From contig NC_069000.1 of assembly GCF_001194135.2 (NCBI RefSeq), positions 10,661,641 through 10,725,640 on the forward strand: a stretch of 64,000 nucleotides of DNA. The letters are read 5' to 3'. The translations under genes and the position numbers were made by a program. Positions 10,931-24,362 of this stretch are shown here, one piece after another. This stretch comes from Octopus bimaculoides (taxonomy: Eukaryota). Position 1 is the first letter of the stretch. Each line of letters starts with the position of its first letter. The notes below the pieces were generated by a model. The model was not told where the DNA came from. It made no database searches and saw only the letters and a list, made by a program, of their open reading frames with translations.

Positions 10931-11884
10931 GATATTAAAATGATATCAAATATCCTAAGTACCAAAGTGAGATGGAAAATGCAATGGGTTTGTTTTTTTT
11001 TCATATATTTTTTTAATCTCAAATTGTTGTATATATCTAAAAGCATTCCATCATTCTACTACAGATATCATATATTAATGATATCACATTGTATGTATAA
11101 TAATAGTTTTGCTGGGGCTAGAGAGATATCACTGTGTTATGATTCATGTTTTGTTATTTCATACAAATATAATTCATATATGATGTCATTTGTGTATGAG
11201 ACATCACACATCTGCTGTCTCTGGGTCATTACTTATATATGTGTATATATATATATGTGTGTGTATGTGTGTGTGTGTACAGACATATGTATACACACAT
11301 ATATATACATACATACACACAAACAGACATACATACATACATACAAACACACACACATATACATACATATATTTATATACATACATATATATATATATAC
11401 ATATATATACATACCTACATATATATATATACACGTACACATACACATATATATAAGTATATATATGTGTGTATGTGTATATATATATGTATATATGTGT
11501 ATGTATATACATTTATATATATATTTATGTATATATACGTTAATATTTGTTTTTATTTTTAGTGACAGTGAAAACAGTTTTACATTAATCTGAGGGGGGT
11601 TATTCTATACTTTTGTGGGGGTACCAAATTAATTATTCTTAAACAAGAATATTGTTGACAGTTAATATAAAAATAAATATATATATCATACAGAATCTTT
11701 TATTAATATGATATCTGTATGATGTGTGACTTCTTATGGACATAGGTATTAATCGCGGTCAGATAAAAAAAAAATACCATACAGTATTCATTCTGACCCT
11801 TTATGATGTAAGTTCCAGTCTTTTGGGGGTTAACCTTGCCTTTCATTCATCTGGTGTTGATACAGTAAAGCACTAGTCACACAT

Positions 11885-12190
11885 CGTCATCATCGTCATC
11901 ATCGTTTAACATCCATCTTCTCTTCTAGCATGGATGGGATGGTTTTACAAGAGCCGCCTAGGCCAAAGCCTGCACCAGGCTTCTGTGACTGTTATGGCAG
12001 GATTTTTACAGCTGGATGCCCTTCATAACACCAACCACTCAGCAGAATAGATTTTGTGCTTTTTTCGTAGCACAAGCACAGGCGAGGTGAGAAGTACTTT
12101 TTATGTGGCACACGCACAGGCGAGGTCAGTTTTGGCAAGGTTTTTGCAGCTGGATGCCCTTCCAAACACCAACCACTCAGCAGAGTGGAT
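11885..12190 (-). mobile_element. Family C retroposon with an internal partial duplication
   Basis: Two copies of CAGCTGGATGCCCTT..AACACCAACCACTCAGCAGA at about 12009 and 12148. Confidence 0.7.
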
Positions 12191-12303
12191 TTCGTGGCAG
12201 AAACACCAAAAATTCGAAAGAATTATTGGCTTAAAATTTTGGCACAAAGCCAGCATTTCCTGGGGTGGGGGGGGAGCAGGAAAGCTGATTACATCATGAC
12301 AAC

Positions 12304-12340
<37 letters not shown>

Positions 12341-14142
12341 TTTGGCCAAGGAGGAATAGCACCTTGCTTTGAAACACATAGGGTTTAGCATCAGAAAGGG
12401 CATTCAGCTGTAGAAAATCTGCCCCACAAAATTTCTGTCTAAAGCATGCAAGCGTGGAAGAATAGACATTAGAACGATGATGATGATGATGATGATGCTG
12501 CTGCTGCTGCTGCTGATGATGATGATGATAAAGAGGAGGAGGAGGAGTTGATGACAATGACAGCAGCGATGATGAGGATGATGATGATGACGACAATGGT
12601 GATGATATTTGGTTCTGATATCTGTTCGTTAACTAGTCCGTAAATAAATGAAATAACATCGTTATACGCTACTTTTATTAATCAATGAATATTTGAACTA
12701 CGATTAATTGTTTCCAATTCAGACACAAAGCCAGCAATTGCAGGGGGACACCATCAATTCTGCCATCACTTGACCGACATTTTGTTCTTATCGGTCCCCT
12801 GCCAAAAACGACTAAAGGCTGAGCGGAGCTGACTTCAAGGGGTTTTAGTATTTTAAATCTATTTTCTCTTTGTCAGTTTGTTTCATTCGAAGTAGAAGTG
12901 TAAGCATTCATATAACTGATCGAAACAAGAAGAGAGATAAATTCAATTTTTAAAAAAGCTGCCAGGAGACAAAACAAGCGAAAATATCAGAGAAGCCCTA
13001 TACGATAGCCCGACATTGTTAATTAATTACTTAATTAACTAATCTTCAACATGAATCATTGTCGTCATCATACCATCTTCATCATCATCATCATCATCAT
13101 CACCATCATCATCACCATCATCACCATCATCGTTGTCGTCGTCGTCACCATCATCGTCGTCATCACCATCATCATCATCATCACTATCACTATCATCATC
13201 ACCATCATCATCATCATTTTCATTGTCATCGTCATCATCCTCATCATCATCATCACCATCACTATCGTCATCGTCATCGTCATCTTCATCATCATCATCA
13301 TCATCATTGTCATATCGAGGGCAAATTATTTATTATCTTCCTTGAAAACAGGGGAGGGTTGGCAACAGGAAAGGCATCCAGCCATTAAAAAAAATCTACC
13401 TCAATTAACTCCGTGTGACCTACAATGCAAGCATGGGAAAATGAACATTGAAAATGATGATGATGATGCTGGTGGTGATGATGGTCGTCGTCGTGTTGGC
13501 GATGATGATGATGATAACAATGACAATTGGACTAGTGACAAGAACGACGACGATGATGATGATGACAGCGCTGATGATGATGATGATGGCAACGACAACA
13601 TGGCTTTAATCAAAAGTGGAAATGTAGCGCCAATTATCCATTTTTAAAGGTCTCCAAAACTGATGAGAAGAATTTATTCGCTGGCATGGAACTTGATCCC
13701 CAAAGGGCCTTCAACAGAATTTACTCTACTAAAGAACACCCAGGGGCCAGGTGATAGCTGTGTTAAACCAAATGCCGGATTAAATCTACTGAAGGTTAGA
13801 AATTCAAATTCAAAAGTAGTCTAAGTTTTTCACATGATCCTCTTCAGCTTCCATAAATTGTGTTCCACTCATCTTTAAAGTATAGTGAAAGTTATATTAT
13901 AGAACTCTGTGTTGTGTAATATGTGAACTAGATAAATTGGTATCATGGAATTACTTTTATGTTCTTCACCTTCTGTTGCTTATCCCCAAGCAGAATTTGG
14001 TTGAAATCAACCTGTCGCCGTCTCTCTATATCTTACCTGTATGTGTGCATGTGTGTATGTATGTGTGTGCACACGTATGCATGTATGTATGCATGTGTGC
14101 GTGTGTGTGTGTGTGTATGCATGTGTGTTGTGCACGTGTGTG

Positions 14143-14181
<39 letters not shown>

Positions 14182-14643
14182 GATAGGCAACCAATTAATT
14201 GTCTTTCTGTAGTTAGTGTTATAGATAACTAGATCATCCACATCACTTGAAGAGACTTAAACCTCCCCACCATCACCACCACCACCGGCACTGCCACCGC
14301 CGCCTCTGCCACCGTCGCTGCTGCCGTCACCACCACCGCCACTGTTGCCACCATGCCATACCTATTCTTATTTCTGAATCTACGTTACGTCAGTAACCAT
14401 GCATAATTGAAACAGGTGAACGTTTATGTTCATACTTATTATTATGGAATTGATAATGGTATACATATATGTATATATATATGTATATATATATGTGTGT
14501 AGATATATGAAAGTAAGTATGAACGAATGCACCTATGCAAGTATGCATGTATGTAAATATGTATGCATGTACAAATACACATACATACATATCATATACA
14601 TATATACACATGCACACACATGTATATTCACTTATAGCACCCC

Positions 14644-14703
<60 letters not shown>

Positions 14704-15770
14704 NNNNNNNNNNNNNNNNNNNNNNNNNNNNNNNNNNNNNNNNNNNNNNNNNNNNNNNNNNNNNNNNNNNNNNNNNNNNNNNNNNNNNNNNNNNNNNNNN
14801 NNNNNNNNNNNNNNNNNNNNNNNNNNNNNNNNNNNNNNNNNNNNNNNNNNNNNNNNNNNNNNNNNNNNNNNNNNNNNNNNNNNNNNNNNNNNNNNNNNNN
14901 NNNNNNNNNNNNNNNNNNNNNNNNNNNNNNNNNNNNNNNNNNNNNNNNNNNNATATATATATATATATATATATATACATAGGTATTCCTGTGTGTATGT
15001 GTGTGTGTGAATTTTGTGCATGTACAAGACATGTATAAACACCTACACATGTATGGTGGCATGTTGTTACGCCTATGCAACTAACTATACAGACATTGTA
15101 TTCGCATGCAATAAATTCTTTATTACTAGCCAAAGCTGTGGCAATATTTACATAAATTTTCATTGCAGACTTGCATCCAGTTTTCAGATATAACTCTTCG
15201 TTATACGATATTACGGAGAACTGCAGCAACATCTATTTATCTAATATGTCAATCAATCTACCTATTAATGTCTTCAGATCAAAAGATTGCTGGGTATTTA
15301 TGTTTATAACTTGTCTCGTGTAATTTTATTACATTCAGTCAACTACTGGCAGAATATATCATATTGGTGATAAAGTCTTCATGCATAGACTTTGGCACAC
15401 AGAACTTGGAAGTAGAAGCCACTGGTGCAAAGTCTAACTAATCAACAATACCAGTTGTGCAGTAAGTCAAGAATATTTTTCTCTCTTCTAAAACATTACG
15501 TTTGGAAATAGGATTAAAACCAAGCGAGACAATGATAAATTCAATCAATGCTTTGTTCCTGCTTCCATGTTTTCAAAGATTGTTTCCTGATCCAAGAACA
15601 CTGACCTCTTGCAGTTTCACTTTTCAGATAAATTCTATATTAATAATGCTACTACTGAGATAGCCACTGTAGAGTCATGTGGACATGCTAGAAAAGTGGC
15701 CAAATTTCCCTCAAATCTTATCCTACCAACTTGAAAAATAAAATTTTAAAAATATATTGTATTGGATTAA

Positions 15771-15989
15771 ATAGATATGAATGCATTATGTCTGAGAATA
15801 GTCATGAGTATTCAAATCATGACTGGAATTCTTGTCAAGCATTGAAAACTTGACACAGAAAGATTGACATGAAGTATGATAAAAATAGATATGAATGCAT
15901 TATGTCTGAGAATGGTCATGAATATTCAAATCATGACTGGAATTCTTGTCAAGCATTGACACTGACAGATTGACATGAAGTATGATAAA
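15771..15989. repeat. Direct tandem duplication, 114-bp period
   Basis: ATAGATATGAATGCATTATGTCTGAGAAT...GATTGACATGAAGTATGATAAA starts at 15771 and again at 15885. Confidence 0.95.
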
Positions 15990-16569
15990 GATTTGCACAA
16001 AACCACTCTGCACAAAACAGATAAAGAGAACATTGGCATTAGAGGATCACCCCTCTGTTATAAGGTCACATTCATACATACAAACAACATAATGCTTAAA
16101 ACATTCCAATAAAGAAAATACAACGTAAAATATATGAGAAGTATTGTCATTACCTTCCTACAGTTGTCCTCAGCTCCAAAGAAATTTTACTACATGACAC
16201 AAACAAAAATATCCTACTTAGAAAGAAGACAAATGCTTTAACATGTATAATACAAGGGGAAAAACCTAAAATAACCAATATATATCATGTAATCATATCC
16301 TGAAAAAGCTAAACATACTGTAAAATGACACACCTTAACAATCTCAAACACTATCACTTATGAAAACTTCAATACACACAACATGTCATGGTATCAAAAC
16401 AATACAGCTAACATAAGAGGAGATGTAATAACATCTCAGTTAAACTCCCTTCATATCATAAATAATTCACATCAACACCACTAAGATGAATATCATTTTC
16501 TGCTTCACATATTTAGCTATAAGGACAAAACAAATTATACCTTACACATGCTCTGTCCTCAGGCAAACT

Positions 16570-16836
16570 CCTATTTATAGGGAATATGTTGCCTTTGGCT
16601 TTCAAACCTGTCATGCTTATAGGGAATATGTCGTTTTTGGTTCTCCCATATTCCCTCTTTATAAAAAAATATGTTGTTGTTGTTGGTTCTCCAACTGCCC
16701 CTGTTTATAAGGAATACACTCCCTTTAACTCTCCACTGTTCCCTATTTCTAGAGAATATATTGCCTGTGACACTCTTCCATTCCCTTTTTATAGGTAACA
16801 TGTTGTCCTTGGTTTTCCACTATTTCCTGTTTATAG
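16570..16836. repeat. Diverged 42-bp minisatellite, about 6.5 units
   Basis: TATAG-like anchors at 16576, 16618, 16660, 16706, 16748, 16790 and 16832 (spacing 42, 42, 46, 42, 42, 42). Approximate consensus TATAGGGAATATGTTGCCTTTGGTTCTCCACTGTTCCCTGTT. Confidence 0.85.
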
Positions 16837-18031
16837 TATGGTGCTCTTGGCTTGGCAATGTGTCCTTGTATTAAATCCTTGTGACTGATAGCTACCAAAA
16901 ATTCTCCATTTATGATTATTGTCATGCAAAATGAAAATCTCTATTACTTAATGGAGTTGGAATTTTCTACATAATATATATTCATTTCAAGGCAGAGAAG
17001 TCTTGCTGAAAATGTTCTGTACTGTCTTACTTTTTTTTATTCGTAAAATCATTATAAAATAATATTTTATTTTCTGTATCAATTTAAAAAAAAAAAATGT
17101 AACATTTATCCTCTCTATATTCACAGACAACTGGTTTACGTTTTTTTAATTTTTATCTTGGAACTGAAAAGAAAATTCATGTCTGCCATGGAGATGAGAA
17201 GAACTTGACAGAGAAAATATACATTCTATACATTTTTCAAATTCATAAAACAATTTAAAATCAGTTGGTAAATCTATCTTTCTATCTGATTTGAAATGAA
17301 CGAAGAATTTCATGGATTTTTACCAATATTTTGCTAATGTCTTCAAGTGCTGCTATTTTTTTTTATCCATGAAACAAAAAAATAAAAGAAGGAAAAATTA
17401 TCAATCTTTTCAAGTATTCTTATCTAATTTTATAAACTCTTCCAAGTATATTAATGTACTTAATCCTGTAGATCACATCACACTGATGAGAAAACAAAAT
17501 TTCTGAAACAGACTGCTTGTGATTAGAGAGAGAGAGAGGATAAATGCTAAATTTAAAAATAAATAGATAAATAATTAAAAAATAGATATAAAAAATAAAA
17601 TGTTTTAAAATTATTTTATGAAGAAATGAAAATAAAAACAGAATAGTGCAGAATTTTTTTTTTTATATATAAGGCTTCAATCTCTTGTAAAGAACAGAGA
17701 ATAACCTATCAAAGATGAGTTCATACTAAAAAAACAATNNNNNNNNNNNNNNNNNNNNNNNNNNNNNNNNNNNNNNNNNNNNNNNNNNNNNNNNNNNNNN
17801 NNNNNNNNNNNNNNNNNNNNNNNNNNNNNNNNNNNNNNNNNNNNNNNNNNNNNNNNNNNNNNNNNNNNNNNNNNNNNNNNNNNNNNNNNNNNNNNNNNNN
17901 NNNNNNNNNNNNNNNNNNNNNNNNNNNNNNNNNNNNNNNNNNNNNNNNNNNNNNNNNNNNNNNNNNNNNNNNNNNNNNNNNNNNNNNNNNNNNNNNNNNN
18001 NNNNNNNNNNNNNNNNNNNNNNNNNNNNNNN

Positions 18032-18068
<37 letters not shown>

Positions 18069-18089
18069 CATATACATACATATATATAG

Positions 18090-18212
18090 TGAACAGGAGC
18101 AATGTGAAGTAGTGTCTTGCCCAAGAACACAACACACACCCTGGTCTGGGAATTGAACACACTACCTTATGATTGAGCCTGGTGCTCTAACCACTGATCT
18201 ATGTGCCTTCAC
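18090..18212 (-). mobile_element. tRNA-derived SINE head (D/G-type)
   Basis: Reverse complement GAAGGCACATAGATCAGTGGTTAGAGCACCAGGCTCAATCATAAGGTAGTGTGTTCAATTCCCAGACC...TGTGTTCTTGGGCAAGACACT, with A- and B-box-like motifs. Confidence 0.75.
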
Positions 18213-18230
18213 AATAATAAAAACTGTGAG

Positions 18231-18354
18231 ATGCTTACAGCACCTAGGTTTCCCAAGTGGTCACCCATTTAAGTACTAACAAGGGTAAATATTGCTTAAC
18301 CTCAGTGATCAGATGAGAACCAATGAATGCATTCAACATGATGTGGCTGTAAGC
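18231..18354 (-). pseudogene. 5S rRNA: Full-length decayed 5S rRNA pseudogene
   Basis: Reverse complement GCTTACAGCCACATCATGTTGAATG...TGGTTCTCATCTGATCACTGAGGTTAAGCAA...GTTAGTACTTAAATGGGTGACCACTTGGGAAACCTAGGTGCTGTAAGCAT aligns end to end with metazoan 5S rRNA, including box A and box C. Nearly all CpGs have become TpG or CpA. Confidence 0.92.
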
Positions 18355-18505
18355 ACAGAAATATTACGCAGATTATAAGATTTTCCTATGGTCCACACAA
18401 CATCATATATTACAGGAATGGCTGATGCACTTACCCATTATCTAAAAGGTATTTTTTATATGCAACTGTGTGTATATGTATGTATATATGTATGTATACA
18501 CACAA

Positions 18506-18557
<52 letters not shown>

Positions 18558-18615
18558 CCATTGGTGCTTGGTCATAAATTTAAATTCTCGGAATAAGCAT
18601 ATGAGTGTGTGTGCA

Positions 18616-18649
<34 letters not shown>

Positions 18650-20277
18650 TAGCTTCCCATCAGTCTGGAAATCAATATCCAGCTATCTAGACAGGATGTC
18701 CATGTGAAAGTCCTTGCTTCATACATATGTTACAAATATATGAATGTAGCAACCCCTGTTTCCTAAATGTATGCCATACATAGGATTGCAACAACTCTAC
18801 AAAAGGNNNNNNNNNNNNNNNNNNNNNNNNNNNNNNNNNNNNNNNNNNNNNNNNNNNNNNNNNNNNNNNNNNNNNNNNNNNNNNNNNNNNNNNNNNNNNN
18901 NNNNNNNNNNNNNNNNNNNNNNNNNNNNNNNNNNNNNNNNNNNNNNNNNNNNNNNNNNNNNNNNNNNNNNNNNNNNNNNNNNNNNNNNNNNNNNNNNNNN
19001 NNNNNNNNNNNNNNNNNNNNNNNNNNNNNNNNNNNNNNNNNNNNNNNNNNNNNNNNNNNNNNNNNNNNNNNNNNNNNNNNNNNNNNNNNNNNNNNNNNNN
19101 NNNNNNNNNNNNNNNNNNNNNNNNNNNNNNNNNNNNNNNNNNNNNNNNNNNNNNNNNNNNNNNNNNNNNNNNNNNNNNNNNNNNNNNNNNNNNNNNNNNN
19201 NNNNNNNNNNNNNNNNNNNNNNNNNNNNNNNNNNNNNNNNNNNNNNNNNNNNNNNNNNNNNNNNNNNNNNNNNNNNNNNNNNNNNNNNNNNNNNNNNNNN
19301 NNNNNNNNNNNNNNNNNNNNNNNNNNNNNNNNNNNNNNNNNNNNNNNNNNNNNNNNNNNNNNNNNNNNNNNNNNNNNNNNNNNNNNNNNNNNNNNNNNNN
19401 NNNNNNNNNNNNNNNNNNNNNNNNNNNNNNNNNNNNNNNNNNNNNNNNNNNNNNNNNNNNNNNNNNNNNNNNNNNNNNNNNNNNNNNNNNNNNNNNNNNN
19501 NNNNNNNNNNNNNNNNNNNNNNNNNNNNNNNNNNNNNNNNNNNNNNNNNNNNNNNNNNNNNNNNNNNNNNNNNNNNNNNNNNNNNNNNNNNNNNNNNNNN
19601 NNNNNNNNNATATGTATATATATACACACACACACACATATATATGTATGTATATATTTACATGAATTGCCATTTTTTTCTTCAAAAAAACATCTTATCT
19701 TGCTATGAACACTAGTTCTTAGCTAATTGCCCAACACAGATATGTTCTTTTATGATAATCACTATTGTGACAAATAACATTGGAGCGAAGTCAGGTCTTT
19801 ATTAATTTTTTTTTTTTTTCGAATAATAGACAAACCTGAAAATGCCAGACTGTGGCATTGTTGCTTGTGGCATTGTGGTGAAATTGCATACAATGCAAGA
19901 AAAATATGTATATAGAATATATATATAAAAAGTGGGAGAAAAAAACAGAAAGACCCCAGACATTGTTATACACTATACAATGGAAAGCAAGAATATTGGT
20001 GACACATAACAAAGTTTGTGGCAGAGGACATGCGGAAAAAAGAGATTTCAGGTGGATGTAGATATTTAGCGGAATTTATGGAGTTAATGGGAATAAAAAT
20101 ACAAAGGGAAAGTAAAAGATAAGAAGAGGGTAAGATGAGGACTGGGAAATAAGGTTCACAGAAAGTAATGAGCAAAAAAATAAAAGTAGATGTAAAGAGA
20201 TTATTGAAAAAAAAAAATATTGTATAAAAGCTCAGTTGTGTGCCTGATATCAGCAATATGATTTGATTATTATTGTG

Positions 20278-20384
<107 letters not shown>

Positions 20385-20679
20385 ACATATACACACATAT
20401 GAAATGTATGATATGTATATACTTATATGTGATTGTGTATGTGTGTACATGTATGACATAATATAATATATTATGGTATATTATATTAAATAATGTAATA
20501 TAAAATAATTATAACATATATAATGTAATTATATATTATATATATGTAATATATATATATATATATAAATGATATATATATATATATACATATATATATG
20601 CATACATATATATATATATATATCATATATTCATTATATAGCATCACACACACATATATATATCATATATTTATTATAT

Positions 20680-20713
<34 letters not shown>

Positions 20714-21959
20714 NNNNNNNNNNNNNNNNNNNNNNNNNNNNNNNNNNNNNNNNNNNNNNNNNNNNNNNNNNNNNNNNNNNNNNNNNNNNNNNNNNNNNNN
20801 NNNNNNNNNNNNNNNNNNNNNNNNNNNNNNNNNNNNNNNNNNNNNNNNNNNNNNNNNNNNNNNNNNNNNNNNNNNNNNNNNNNNNNNNNNNNNNNNNNNN
20901 NNNNNNNNNNNNNNNNNNNNNNNNNNNNNNNNNNNNNNNNNNNNNNNNNNNNNNNNNNNNNNNNNNNNNNNNNNNNNNNNNNNNNNNNNNNNNNNNNNNN
21001 NNNNNNNNNNNNNNNNNNNNNNNNNNNNNNNNNNNNNNNNNNNNNNNNNNNNNNNNNNNNNNNNNNNNNNNNNNNNNNNNNNNNNNNNNNNNNNNNNNNN
21101 NNNNNNNNNNNNNNNNNNNNNNNNNNNNNNNNNNNNNNNNNNNNNNNNNNNNNNNNNNNNNNNNNNNNNNNNNNNNNNNNNNNNNNNNNNNNNNNNNNNN
21201 NNNNNNNNNNNNNNNNNNNNNNNNNNNNNNNNNNNNNNNNNNNNNNNNNNNNNNNNNNNNNNNNNNNNNNNNNNNNNNNNNNNNNNNNNNNNNNNNNNNN
21301 NNNNNNNNNNNNNNNNNNNNNNNNNNNNNNNNNNNNNNNNNNNNNNNNNNNNNNNNNNNNNNNNNNNNNNNNNNNNNNNNNNNNNNNNNNNNNNNNNNNN
21401 NNNNNNNNNNNNNNNNNNNNNNNNNNNNNNNNNNNNNNNNNNNNNNNNNNNNNNNNNNNNNNNNNNNNNNNNNNNNNNNNNNNNNNNNNNNNNNNNNNNN
21501 NNNNNNNNNNNNNNNNNNNNNNNNNNNNNNNNNNNNNNNNNNNNNNNNNNNNNNNNNNNNNNNNNNNNNNNNNNNNNNNNNNNNNNNNNNNNNNNNNNNN
21601 NNNNNNNNNNNNNNNNNNNNNNNNNNNNNNNAAACACAAATTGAAAATGCTAAGAGCTTGTAGAAGATGAAATATTTGAGTAGATGTAAAAATGGATTGA
21701 TTCTTTTATTTTTTTTTGTTTTTGTTTGTTTTTTTGATTGCGTGAGTGTGTTTGTTTTAAGTATGAAAATTAATATTATTTTAAGTAATTATAAAGTGTT
21801 ACTGTTATATTTTAAGTAAAGTAGGGGGAAGGGGTGAGACAGACATAAATCAAATTTCAACTGAGGACTTCTTTTTTTTTTTTTATTTAAAAAAAAAAAT
21901 TTTTTTTCCTTTTTGTTATGAATTTATTGGTCCATATCCTCACAGCAACAACTTACCCA

Positions 21960-22615
21960 CAAATAAAATTGAATATGGGAAGGTGAAGTGATAAAAGAAA
22001 GGGAGAAGAAGTAAGAAAGGATATACATGAGATGGGGAGAGATCTTGAAATATAAGTAATAAATAAAATGAAATCTTAAACGAAGGAATAAACTTATAGG
22101 TACAGAAGAAGTGCAATAAATTAGTGGATAAACATTTTACATAAGACCATAAGTATAGGAAAATATTTGATAGGTATAACTTAAGGGTCTTGTTCAGCTG
22201 TATACGATGAGGTGAGTTGTAAAAAGAGAAAAGAAGGAAGAATGAAAGTGTATGAAAAATGGAAGAAATCTTCAGATGTGATAAGTAAAATGAATTCTTA
22301 AAAAAAGAAATAAACATAGAAGTACAGAATAGGTGTAATAAATTAGTGGATAAACACATTACACAAGAACATAAGTGTAGGAAAATAATTGACAGTTATA
22401 ACTGAAGGGCCTCATTCAGTAGTTGTATATAGGGAGGTGAAGTGAATGAAAGGGAAAAAGCCAGAAGAAAGTGCATGAAATACTTCAAATGTAAGTAATA
22501 AATAAAAGGAATTCTTAAAGAAAGGAATAAATTTATAGTGATTAAAACATTTTACTCAAGACCATAGGTATAAGGAAATGTTGAATGAGTATTACTTAAG
22601 AGCTTCGTTCAACCA
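21960..22615. repeat. Diverged purine-rich tandem repeat, about 220-bp unit, about 3 copies
   Basis: AATAAATTAGTGGATAAAC at 22115 and 22337 (period 222). AAGA(C/A)CATA(A/G)GT near 22143, 22366 and 22558. Confidence 0.85.
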
Positions 22616-22719
22616 TGTGCCTAATGTCAAAAATATACTTGTGAACCTCCTAAACTAGAAGCAGAGACAGGATGTTCATGTAGGGCTAGCAGTGAGTGCC
22701 TTCATTGGTCGATTTTTTT

Positions 22720-22868
22720 AGCATACATCTACCAAATCCACTCGCAGGGCTTTGGTCAGCCTGAAGTTAAAGTAGAAGACACTTGCCCAAGTTGCTACAT
22801 GGTGGAACTGAACCTAGGACCATGTGGTTGGGAAGCAAACTTCTTGCCTCACAGCCACTCCTGCACCT
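22720..22868 (-). mobile_element. tRNA-derived SINE, family A
   Basis: CATCTACCAAATCCACTC...GAAGACACTTGCCCAAG...ACCATGTGGTTGGGAAGCAAACTTCTT...CACAGCCACTCCTGCACC. Confidence 0.85.
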
Positions 22869-23837
22869 GTTTTATAATGAATTTCATAAAGGGATCTTTT
22901 TTGAACTCACAGACTTCAGTTATTTTCTGTCGCATGGAACCTCAAACCTCATTTGTTTGCACATTTAGATACAAAATCTTGCTGTCCCCTGACGTCTCTG
23001 GTCGAGGCTTGGGCACTGTTCGTATAAATTAAAGCAAAGTGGTGCTGATAGTAGTGGTGATGGTGATGGTGGTGGTGGTGGTGATAGATATGGTGGTGAG
23101 GATGGCGGAGGTGATAGCAATGGTGTGTGGTGGTGGCAGCACTAGTGGCAGGGGTGAGGGTGGTAAAATAGTGATGGCGGTGGTGGGAGTGATGGCAATG
23201 ATGCTGCTGCCACCGCCACCCCCGATGATGAAGGTGACGGTGGCGGTGCCGTGAGGATGAGCTTATTATTTTGTATTAGTTGTATTAGCCAAGTTTAACT
23301 TCAGACGTATAATATCTGAATACGGAGAGAAGCATACAATGAAACGAGGTAACCATGACAGAAATAATGATGAAGTAAGTGTTTTGGTTGTGGAGAATGG
23401 AATTGGAAACCAATCTGCTCCTTTTATTTTTTTTTCTTAAAAAATTTGAAAAAACAAAACAAAAAACCTCTTTATTATTGTTGTTGTTGTTGTTGTCAGT
23501 GTTTTCCATCTTAATATTGCTGTTGCTATGGATATTGTTATTGTTGCCAGTAACTGCTTGTTTATTTATTTATTTTTTTACTTATATATATATATATTTT
23601 TTCTCATTCACACTGCTTTCGATTGTCTCTTGTTGTTTGTTGTTGTTTGTTGCTGTTGTTGTTGTTGTTGTTGTCATGGATAATGTTATTCTTAATTATT
23701 TTTTTTTTTTACTGATTTTAATGTTTTGGTCTTTGATAGTGCTGCTGCTACTGCTGCTACTACAATTACTGCTACTGCTACTACTACAGCTACTACTGCT
23801 ACTACTGCAGCTGCTGCTGCTACTACTACTACTACTA

Positions 23838-23885
<48 letters not shown>

Positions 23886-24009
23886 TTGGTCTCATGTTTG
23901 ATGTCATTATTGTCATTGCTGTTGTTGTGTGATGTGATGTGATGGTGGTGATATTGGTGGTGGGATTTAGTACAGATATTGCCATGGTTGTTGTTGTTGT
24001 TGCTGTTGC

Positions 24010-24046
<37 letters not shown>

Positions 24047-24362
24047 GCTGTTGTTGTTGTAGTTATAGTTATTGTGGTTGTTGTTTCTCTTGCTGCTCTT
24101 TGAGATGAGTTTATCATTTTTCTGACTATTTCAATTATTATTGTTGTTGTTGTTTAGCCCAAGGTCAGGCCTCCACAAACAGATCTACGAACATAGGTGT
24201 CTCACCTGTAATCATTCCCTGAGATCAAATCCTTTCAGTGGTCAACTTTACCTTTCCTCCATTCAGGGTCAATAAAACATTGTACCAATCCCAGGGTGGT
24301 GCATTGGCAGATCTGTGAACATTGCATGCATCACTGTTTTTGAAGACACCTTTTTCAAAGGC

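Noticed and set aside
15060-15460. Semi-open frames (minus MLLQFSVISYNEELYLKTGCKSAM, faintly Penelope-RT-like; plus LHPVFRYNSS... after an AG)
   Set aside because: Stops interrupt every frame and the motif similarity is too weak to call without a profile search.
17477-17523. Hammerhead-like CTGATGA...GAAA with a possible stem I (ATCACA/TGTGAT)
   Set aside because: There is an extra base before GAAA, and no valid NUH cleavage triplet or stem III can be formed.
18690-18806. Minus-strand FRKQGLLHSYICNICMKQ, suggestive of a C2H2 zinc finger
   Set aside because: Cys/His spacing does not fit C2H2, the pattern is explained by a 42-bp duplication, and the sequence is cut by a gap.
19945-20050. KTPDIVIHY... 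resembling a piggyBac or RLE motif
   Set aside because: Only a few residues match and stops follow.
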